A stretch of 48,905 bases of DNA from Stramenopiles sp. TOSAG23-2 (lineage: Eukaryota): the NCBI GenBank assembly GCA_900128395.1, contig LT649274.1, positions 1 through 48,905 on the forward strand, in the 5' to 3' direction. The notes beneath the pieces were generated by a model. That model ran no database searches. It had not been told where the DNA came from and saw only the letters and a list, made by a program, of their open reading frames with translations. The position numbers and the translations under genes are program-made. Shown here piece by piece: positions 1 to 8,700 of the stretch (its first letter is position 1; each line of letters starts with the position of its first letter).

Positions 1-103
1 ACCACGCAAGAAATAGTTTTACACAAAAACATAATTCTATATTGAATCTTACTGGAAACAATTATCTTCATCAATAGTTTTAATTTCATTCACGTTTTTA
101 AAT

Positions 104-2923
104 ATGACTTCTCTTGCTACCGATAATAAAGCCAAAACTCCATCCAAAGATACTCCTCATGCACGGCCAGTATGGGAGCCTGCTCCTTATCCTTCATGGG
201 GGAAACCAGACAGGAAGGGCGACAGCGGTAGCTTTACCTATGCGAAAGATAAAGAACTTGTTGAACACTGTGCGGAGTATAAACGATTACCTACTAAAAA
301 AAAAGGAATAGCTGTTGAAGGTGAAACAAAGTATTATACTCGGTGGAATCGTGCGCAAAATGGATATTATGAAGCATACCAAGAAACGGGAGACGAAGAA
401 TATATTATTGCATTCAAGAGGCTTGAGAGGTGGATAGCTGGCGCATGCGGCAAAGAAAATATCAGCGAGCTATTTACTGACGTAAGAACAATGAATAAAC
501 GTGATAAAATGGTAAAGTTTGTTGCCCAAGAACCTACTGAAGAAATGGCGAATATGTCGCTTGATACGAAACCACCTGCCGTGGAAGACAAAGCTCTTCA
601 GAAATATTACACGAGGACAGCGAGGATAGCGAAATGCATTGCGACGATACGTGAGAAGCTCAATATTAACAAAGATGATGTTATTATTGAACCAAGTGCG
701 GGGGACGGGCGATGGATTCCGTATTTGAAAACATTGTGTAAAAACGTTGAAGCTTACGATATTAAACCCGACGTTCCTGAAGTGAAAAAGATGGATTTTT
801 TGGAGTATGTGCCTCCTACGGACAAGAAAATTCACGTGATTGGAAATCCTCCTTATAAAAAGATTGAAGAGAAGTTCATTAGGAAATGCGTTCGGTTTGC
901 TGATTCTATTTCATTTATACTGCCCGCAAAGTATATGAAGCGTGATAATTTGGAACTATATTACAACGCGGATGGAACTGAGCACAAAACCATCTATCAT
1001 TTGCCGTTGGAATTCCACCCAGTTTATACAGAATATTTGGAAAAGGAGAAGTTTGGCGGAACTTACAATAAGCAATCTGTTGCCTTTATCATATGGGAAA
1101 GACGAAGCGACCCCCGTCTAACTATTTCAATGCCTACCGAATGCGAATTTTATGAATATGTTGAACACCGCAACCGCGAATCGGCAAATGCGAAAATTGT
1201 GATGAGCAAAGGAGTTGCGTATTGTTACGAAAAGAGGCGCGAAAGAGCATATATGCGCAATACAGACCGCCATTTTTATTTGAAAATAAATACATCTTTG
1301 ATATCTGCGAAAGCATTCGTGGAAGAATATAATAAGTGCGAACCAAAAAAGAGATATCCTGAGCTTTCCTATTGTCGCCGAATGGATAGGATATCCAAGT
1401 TTGATTTATTCACCGCATTGAACGAGTTTTGGGACCAGCAAGCTCCAATAGACTGGGCGGTTGTTGAAAAAGTTTTAGGTATCGTAAAAGAGGAAGCAGA
1501 TAAGAATAAAGAATTTGGACGGATGATAATTACAAATGAAGAAGAGTGCCGATTGTTAAAGAAATTAGATGACTACAGTTTAGTTTTTGATGACGGGTGC
1601 CCGTATTCTCAACTTGAGTTCAAAGGACTCAGTGATAAATGTTATAAAATGTTGTGCCCCATATTTCGTGACTTGTCTATTAGAGCGGAATTTATTATTG
1701 AGGGTATTACAGATAAAGGTATGAAACACTTAGTAGAAACGTTACAAGTTACTGCCGATATTTTACATATTAGCAGCGAAGAATTGAGTGATAACGGGTG
1801 GCGTGAATTTATAGACACGCTTAGATGCCGAGATTACTGTCTGAGAGGATTGTGTTTAATGGGTAGTGGTGTTACAGATAATATTTGTTCCTGCTTGGCG
1901 GACGTTTATAAAGTGAATAAGTTTGACCTCGGGGATTTTGAAGAATTATCTATTACTTCAAAAAACGTAGGCGCTCAAGGAAAGAAAATCTTAGAAGACC
2001 TACAGTGTGCTTGGGGAGGAACGGTGAATTTGAATACTGAAGCTGCTGAACCAAAGAAGGCGCCCGCCGAACCAGCGAAAGTTGCCGAGGATAGCAGCAG
2101 CAGCAGTGAGGACGATGATGACGATTATGATTGGAGTAAGATAACATACCATTGGGTTTGTCCTAAATGTGAAAGTCGCGTAAGTGAATGTGATACCCAC
2201 TGTAAGTGTGGTTATATGTGGAGACCTCCTCACGAAGAAGTAGAAGAAGAATATGAAGATACTGGTGTTGTTTATTGGTGGTGCCCAAGATGCGATTATA
2301 ACAATGACGATAATTTTTGTGAAGGTGGGTGTGAATATGACCACGAAGACGCATTTTTAAAAATCCATAGAAAGATGGAAGCAAGGTATTTCAGTAAAAA
2401 TAATATTATTGATACTGCTTGGTGGCGCAACAATTATCGTCCTGGAGCAGAAAAAGTATTATTTGATGGTAGAAGATATACTCCCTGGAATCACCGAGAT
2501 ATAAAAGATATGCTTAGACTTTTCAAAGACGGGAGGGTATATGGTCTCCACGATGTTAAATTTTATGGAATATACTGTCCTGAAACTGATACAATCGTAA
2601 AAGATGGAAAAGTTGTAAAAGATGTTGAAGATGAAAAAATGCCTGCTGTTGAAAAAAAAGAAAGCGATAAAGAAGAGGATACACAACAAGATATATACGA
2701 AAGTATGCTGAGAGAGATTAATGAACATAAATATGATGAAGATGGTTTTAGACCATTTACGCATTGGAGTGAAACTCTCCCATTGAAAATCCGTCGTAGT
2801 GATAATGCTGTCTATTATGTAGATATACCTGAAACAGCAGGGTTTTTGGGATATTACAATAGCGATACCGATAAGATAGAAAGCGATAGTGAAAGCGATA
2901 GTGGAAGTGATGATGATGTTTAA
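104..2923 (+). CDS. Viral-type N6-adenine DNA methyltransferase fusion protein (MTase + LRR-like region + two Cys4 zinc ribbons + acidic C-terminal repeats), 939 aa
   Basis: YYT, motif I IIEPSAGDG, AYDIKP, MDFL and catalytic VIGNPPY occur in gamma-class order. They are followed by LRR-like segments (GLSDKCYKML, GITDKGMKHL, ELSDNGWREF, GVTDNICSCL), WVCPKC..HCKCG and WWCPRC..FCEGGC. Intronless. Confidence 0.85.
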   Translation: MTSLATDNKAKTPSKDTPHARPVWEPAPYPSWGKPDRKGDSGSFTYAKDKELVEHCAEYKRLPTKKKGIAVEGETKYYTRWNRAQNGYYEAYQETGDEEYIIAFKRLERWIAGACGKENISELFTDVRTMNKRDKMVKFVAQEPTEEMANMSLDTKPPAVEDKALQKYYTRTARIAKCIATIREKLNINKDDVIIEPSAGDGRWIPYLKTLCKNVEAYDIKPDVPEVKKMDFLEYVPPTDKKIHVIGNPPYKKIEEKFIRKCVRFADSISFILPAKYMKRDNLELYYNADGTEHKTIYHLPLEFHPVYTEYLEKEKFGGTYNKQSVAFIIWERRSDPRLTISMPTECEFYEYVEHRNRESANAKIVMSKGVAYCYEKRRERAYMRNTDRHFYLKINTSLISAKAFVEEYNKCEPKKRYPELSYCRRMDRISKFDLFTALNEFWDQQAPIDWAVVEKVLGIVKEEADKNKEFGRMIITNEEECRLLKKLDDYSLVFDDGCPYSQLEFKGLSDKCYKMLCPIFRDLSIRAEFIIEGITDKGMKHLVETLQVTADILHISSEELSDNGWREFIDTLRCRDYCLRGLCLMGSGVTDNICSCLADVYKVNKFDLGDFEELSITSKNVGAQGKKILEDLQCAWGGTVNLNTEAAEPKKAPAEPAKVAEDSSSSSEDDDDDYDWSKITYHWVCPKCESRVSECDTHCKCGYMWRPPHEEVEEEYEDTGVVYWWCPRCDYNNDDNFCEGGCEYDHEDAFLKIHRKMEARYFSKNNIIDTAWWRNNYRPGAEKVLFDGRRYTPWNHRDIKDMLRLFKDGRVYGLHDVKFYGIYCPETDTIVKDGKVVKDVEDEKMPAVEKKESDKEEDTQQDIYESMLREINEHKYDEDGFRPFTHWSETLPLKIRRSDNAVYYVDIPETAGFLGYYNSDTDKIESDSESDSGSDDDV

Positions 2924-3672
2924 AAAAATAAACTATCCCAGTTCATATTATTGTTGTTTCTATTACCGTATATGCTTGGTGCGGACGGTTTCGGTGTAGG
3001 CTTTGGTCTTGCTGCCGCTTCGGCTTCTTTCCGCTTTTTCTTCCTTGCTTGCCTGCGATTATCCCACTGGTCCATCAGCCCAAAGAACGCTTCAGCTGCT
3101 TCTGCTTTACTCGGTCTATGCTGTGGCTTAGCTTGAGGTATGGGTATCGGTTGCGATGCTTGTCTTTGCTGAACTGGAGGTTTAGGAGCGGGTGGTGCTG
3201 GATGATTGTATCGCTCATTCTGGTCTCGCTTCTTTTCTGCCTTTCGCTTCATCGCTCGCTCCTTACGCACTCGCAAAGCTTTCTCCCTTGCCTTCGCCAA
3301 TTGAGCCTTCCGAGCTTCAGGCATACCATTTGGATAACGCTTCTTCCTTACTTTTTTGTCTCGCCCTCTATCTCCTAATCTTCGCTTTGGGGATGTAGGC
3401 TCTGGCTTAGGCTCTTTCGGTACCTCTGCTGGTTTAGATTCAGCTTCCTGTTTCGCTTCCTTCTCAATCGTTTCGGCACTTACAATTTTTACGTTGTCTG
3501 TTGAATTAGATTCCATTTTATTATTACTATAGAGAAAAATGTCTTTGGTTTTTTTTGCTGGTTTCTTCTTTTCTTTTATGTGGAGAGAGGGGCGTGACGG
3601 TGGTGATGCTGGTGGTGTTGGTGGCGAATCCATCTTTACATCGGGTAAAAAATCTTTCAAATTATTAAACAT
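2920..3672 (-). CDS. Lys/Arg/Pro-rich helical protein of probable PLV/virophage origin, 250 aa
   Basis: Long ORF with RKKR..ARKAQLAKAREKALRVRKERA, a motif reminiscent of small dsDNA virus proteins. Its stop overlaps the MTase stop (shared TTAA 2920-2923). Confidence 0.65.
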   Translation of the reverse strand: MFNNLKDFLPDVKMDSPPTPPASPPSRPSLHIKEKKKPAKKTKDIFLYSNNKMESNSTDNVKIVSAETIEKEAKQEAESKPAEVPKEPKPEPTSPKRRLGDRGRDKKVRKKRYPNGMPEARKAQLAKAREKALRVRKERAMKRKAEKKRDQNERYNHPAPPAPKPPVQQRQASQPIPIPQAKPQHRPSKAEAAEAFFGLMDQWDNRRQARKKKRKEAEAAARPKPTPKPSAPSIYGNRNNNNMNWDSLFF

Positions 3673-4385
3673 ATTATATTAATAGTGACTATTAAAATAA
3701 TATAATCGCCTCTTTTTTCCTCACTGTCTCCGCTCTCTTGATTAGAATTATTTTTTCTGGCTGGTGACTCGGGGCGTTTCTCTTCGGTATCTTCTTGTTC
3801 TGCTCTTTGCGGTTCTTCCTCCTCTTCTCTCCGCTCACCTCGCACTCCTCTCACTGAATTTACTAATTTATTGATTAGTTTCTCTTGCTTATTTACTATT
3901 TTTACCAACTGTTCTGTAGGGTCTATGGTTTTTGGTTTTTCAATACCCAATGGTATCTGAGTGTTTCTCTCTATACGGAACGTAACACACGAATTAGGAC
4001 TTAACCGACATAATTTATTATTATCAGGATTATAAATATCAATCTTGATGGTAGATAACGAACGCTTCTCAGTCACAGGAATACCAGTGGAACCTGACCC
4101 ATAGATAAAATTACCACTGGAGTATGATTTTTGTATGTTGAAGATACAGTTGCTCTGGACTCCATTCCCATTATAATAGTTGCTTGGGACTAAATCAGTA
4201 ACCAGGTTGTAGTGGCCTTCACTACTTAATCTCGGCATCTTGTCTGCTGTCCATAGAGAAGTGTTGGTGCTTACAAATGTAGATAAGTTATTAAGACTTC
4301 CAAGGTTGAACAAAGTTGTACCTGTACCTGGGTCGCCTGTCGTATGCTGATATAGCACATTCAGCGATGGATTTGTAGCACTGTA
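3657..4385 (-). CDS. C-terminal part of a probable minor capsid (penton, single jelly-roll) protein of a Polinton-like virus; 5' truncated
   Basis: YNLVTDLVPSNYY..CIFNIQKSYSSGNFIY..VTEKRSLSTIKIDIYNPDNNKLCRLSPNSCVTFRIE resembles the PLV/Polinton penton C-terminal pattern. Sequence character changes near 4385, so the ORF-track start at 4460 is doubtful. Confidence 0.65.
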   Translation of the reverse strand, partial: YSATNPSLNVLYQHTTGDPGTGTTLFNLGSLNNLSTFVSTNTSLWTADKMPRLSSEGHYNLVTDLVPSNYYNGNGVQSNCIFNIQKSYSSGNFIYGSGSTGIPVTEKRSLSTIKIDIYNPDNNKLCRLSPNSCVTFRIERNTQIPLGIEKPKTIDPTEQLVKIVNKQEKLINKLVNSVRGVRGERREEEEEPQRAEQEDTEEKRPESPARKNNSNQESGDSEEKRGDYIILIVTINIICLII

Positions 4386-4883
4386 CAAAGAAAAAAGGAT
4401 GAAACTAAGTATTAACAGGGGATTACCACCTACCATAGGGATACTATAGGGACTGAACATTCAAAAAATCATTGGAATTAGGTGAAGATTCACTACCTCT
4501 TTATAACGTTTTTATAAGCTAATTTTTGGTGAGCCGACTACTTATCCAAAAACAATAACAATCCCGTTTGAATTAGATTTTTATCTTTTGATTTGAATGA
4601 GACGATTTTCACCATCCGCAACGGTTTTTATGAATTCTCACGCGGGTGGGGAATCGGAGTTTGAAAATAATTCTCCGCGGGTGGTGCCGCGAACGGAGTA
4701 GCAGGAACACAGCATTATTAATAATCAAGTATAGAAATAGTATTTTAAGATATTTATAGTTCCTATCAAAGAGCCGCGCCAAATAGCAGCGACTTAGTAG
4801 CGGGTTCCACTCAAGTATAAACACGCGTAGATTCGCGGTTGGTGTTGCTATCAAAAAAAGACCGTTGTAGTGCTGTGACGCTT

Positions 4884-5087
4884 ATATAATGTTAAAACTT
4901 TCCCAACTAATCCGCAGTCCTTAACCAACCTGAAATTGTTAGACGATAATAGCATTAGTAACCGAGATTTGAATAAATTAACAGGGAATTATGCTTTGAT
5001 TAACGGTGAATCGTTGCCTTAATTATTTCTATATTGGGAAGGTTGGTTAAGGACTGCGGATTAGTTGGGAAAGTTTTAACATTATAT
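4884..5087. repeat. Perfect 48-bp inverted repeat with a 108-bp spacer
   Basis: ATATAATGTTAAAACTTTCCCAACTAATCCGCAGTCCTTAACCAACCT at 4884-4931 and its reverse complement at 5040-5087. Confidence 0.95.
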
Positions 5088-5733
5088 GGGTGAAAAAGGT
5101 AGTGTGTGAAAGATTCGCTCCCCTCACAACGCTCTTTCGTGTGGCAGTAGTGTGGCAGTGCTATCTGGCTATACTGTATACCCTCTAAAACATGCTTAAC
5201 AAATAACACTATTCACTATGGGAAATATGTATTTATCGTTTTTTAAAATGCCAATTTTATTTTTCATATAATATTGGAAAAAATAGCAAATATCCGAAAA
5301 TATAGAAACAATGATGAATATTTTCCCCATAGTGAATTTTGTTAAGTGTACATTTTTTGCACGAAGAAGTGTACATTTTTTACCGGTTCCCGAGGGTAGC
5401 ACTGCAGTGGGCAAAAACAACAGAAAAAACATATAACGTAAATGAATTATAAACATATATATCCACACTGATGTGGGACCAAAAAGTATGTGTGTGATCA
5501 TATATATATATCATCGTGAAAACAGAAGGACGATTAAAGGTAGATATATATATATTTAATATTATATATTGAAATATTGAGAAGAAGTAATAAATAAATG
5601 AAAAAAAAAATTTTATTTTTTTTTTCATCTACTAATTTATTATAAAAATATTATTGAACATTTTAACATTTAACAATAGGTTCGCCAAGGGCTAACAACA
5701 GGTAGTCTTAATAAACAGTGGTAATCATAACGC

Positions 5734-8700
5734 ATGAATATTCAAGAGTTAAAGCTAAATGGTACGCCATTGGTATGTGCATGTGAACAAGGGCATTTGG
5801 AGGATGTAAAATTATGCATTACAGGTCATGATGTAGAAGCTACTGGTATGACAGTAAAAGAAATGGTGAATCAAGTCGGTCGAAATCCTAAGGAATGTAC
5901 ACCTTTAATGGCAGCTGCACAGAAAGAACATTTCCACGTAGTTCAATATTTGATTGAACAATGCGAAGCTGATCCAAATATTGCAAATTATAGTGGTTGG
6001 AATGATTCAGTAGGTGGAGCAATTGGGGGGTGGAATGCATTACATGTAGCAGCAGAGAGTAACAGAACGAATACTGATGTGATTCAATTGTTACTAACTC
6101 ATATGTCTATTAATTGTATTAATAAGAGATCCGGGACGGGATCCACTCCCTTGGACAGGGCATATGAATATAATAAAAGTCCAAATAAACAAGAGATCAT
6201 TGATCTTATACGTAAGCATGGTGGGAAACGTGAAAAAGAGATTGATGAGATGGTAATTCCATTTATTAATGCATGTAGAATAGGACTTTTGAAGGTGAAA
6301 GAGTTTCTTACAAGCCACGATGTGAATGGTAGTAATGGTAATAATATGACATTGAAAGAAATGGTCAATCTAGAAGGTGCATTTGATACTTGGAGATCTA
6401 CACCTTTAGAGGCAGCTGCACAGTGCGAACATTTCGACCTAGTTCAATATCTAATTAAAGAAGGTGGAGCTGATCCAAACATTGCACATTGTCATGGAGA
6501 GAATGCATTACATGCAGCAGCATGGCATAACAAAAAAAATACTGATTTGATTAAATTTTTATTAAAGCATATGTCCCTTGATAGTATTAATCAGAAGGAC
6601 TCGTCCAGGTGGATAGAGACTCCTGTGGACAGGGCATATCGTAATACTAGTTCAATTAAACAAGAAATCATTGATCTTATACGTTTAAAAGGTGGAAAAA
6701 GTGCAAAAGAAGCAAATGGTAGAAATGTGGGAATGGGTAAAGGTGATTTAAATGCAAAATCAAACTCGCAACTTCAAAAAATTTCATCGGTTTCTGGATC
6801 AATGTCAAATACTTTAGAAGGAAATTGGTACACTATTGATACTCGTACTGGACAGCCAACTGGAGACAAATATGAATTTCGAAAGATAGAGGAAAATTAT
6901 TATGGAATGTATCACAACGGTAAGAATGGGGATAGGGTACTCTGGACACCAGAGATTTTCCTTGCCAGTACCCTGACAAGGAAAAGGGATAGGGATTGTT
7001 TTCGAATAAATGGCAATGCACTCAATCATGAATATGGTCATACTGCTGAAATTCAAGCAAATGGAGATATTCGATGGATATCAGTTGAAAATGGTAGGTA
7101 TATATCACGTCGAGAAGGCGGTTATGTACACACCAAAAAAAAATCATCAAAAAAAAAACTACCAGGACATCCATCAACAAATATTCAAGAATTAAGTCAC
7201 CATAAAGATTTTGCATTTGTGTTATGCCATGTTGCAGATAAAAATTCTTTTCTTGCATATGATAGAAAACATGTTATTGAAGATAAATGGAATTTATATG
7301 GTGCTTCAATGAAGCCTTCTACTTTAAAAAATGCAGCAATATTTACGTTCCATGAACATGGACACAGTAAAAATGGTGGACGGGGACTATCATATTCCAG
7401 TGATCCATATATGGGTTTGGAGGTCAATTGTAGGCAATTTGTAGAAGGTGGGTCGTGTCAATTGCTTCGTTCCCGTGGTGTAGATCGTGGGTGTAGCGGA
7501 GTGAAATGGGTTATTAATGGTGATGGTACACTTACACCTGATGATGGACCGAGAGATTTAGTATTAGGTTTTGGGGATATTACGTATAATAATTGGAATA
7601 AAAAACCTGAAAAAAGAAGTTACAAAGCTATTGGTTTGGTAAAGAAAACATCAGTAAATCGTGTTATTGCTGTAATTGCTCAGGTAAATGACAATTCAAC
7701 AAAGAGTCTATTGAAAAATGTAGAAATGAACCAGCAGACTGCAAGTGAATTTAACAAACAAAAATCAACCTTGCAAGCAACCAAAGACCTAAAACTACCA
7801 GGGCATCCAACAGTTGTGTTAAAAACTGACAGTAACAACAATAATAACAATGAAGATCCATTTTCAGTTTTAGGTCCAGGTTGCTATCGAATCTTGACAA
7901 CAGAACATGCTGATGGAAAACAACGAAGGGGGTGGGGGCTTTCAGTAAGCCGTACTGAAACGGATTGTTGTCGGAATAACAAATCCACATGGGTATGTGT
8001 CCAAGAAGCTAAATGGTTGCATATGGTATGGAACGTTGTAAAAGGCAAAAAACAGAATACGTGGCGTATTTTAACGACTGGATATGAAGATGGTGAGCAA
8101 CCAGCAAATTGGGGGCTCAGTGCATGGAATACACACGGTGCAATACGAAACAAAGTATCCAGCTGGACAGCTGTTCATTCAGGAGATCATTGGCCAATGG
8201 ACTGGAAAATTATAAAAGGAAAAAAACCTAATACGTGGCGCTTGTTAACAACGAAACATGATGCTGGGAAACAACCTGAAAATTGGGGACTAAGTGCATG
8301 GAATGCCCATGGAGCTAAAAGAAATGCTCATTCATCTCGAGTTGCAGTGCATGAAGGAGATCACTGGCCAATGGATTGGGTCTTTCAAAAAGTTGAGACA
8401 TTGTTTGATGTAAAACCAAAAGTTAAAATATTACCAATGAAAAAGTCCGCAGCAACATCGTTGATACCGCCAGTAAATGTAAAAAACCGTAACAAATATT
8501 TTGAAAACCATAAAGTAAAGTTAAAAGGTTACGAAAACGAAATGAAAGAGATGATAAAATCAAATGAATATAATATTGATTTGTTGAACAGGTTTACACA
8601 ATATTTAAATTCATTTGAAGTAGATGCATATGATAAATGCCTCCCAGAATATGATTTTTATAAAGGTGGTGATACCGTAACTGTTAAATTTTTTTGTGAT

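Larger units (their letters stand above)
1..5400. mobile_element. Fragment of an endogenous (or co-binned) Polinton-like virus / virophage-type element
   Basis: Tightly packed, overlapping, intronless ORFs. More CpG/GC than the host genes. Penton-like plus MTase gene content, and a structured non-coding end. The right boundary is uncertain. Confidence 0.6.

Noticed and set aside
4770-4845. tRNA gene
   Set aside because: Only an imperfect B-box-like motif; no cloverleaf could be built.
4905-4920. AATCCGCAG resembling the group I intron Q element
   Set aside because: It lies within a perfect inverted-repeat arm, and no P/R/S elements or host exon were found.
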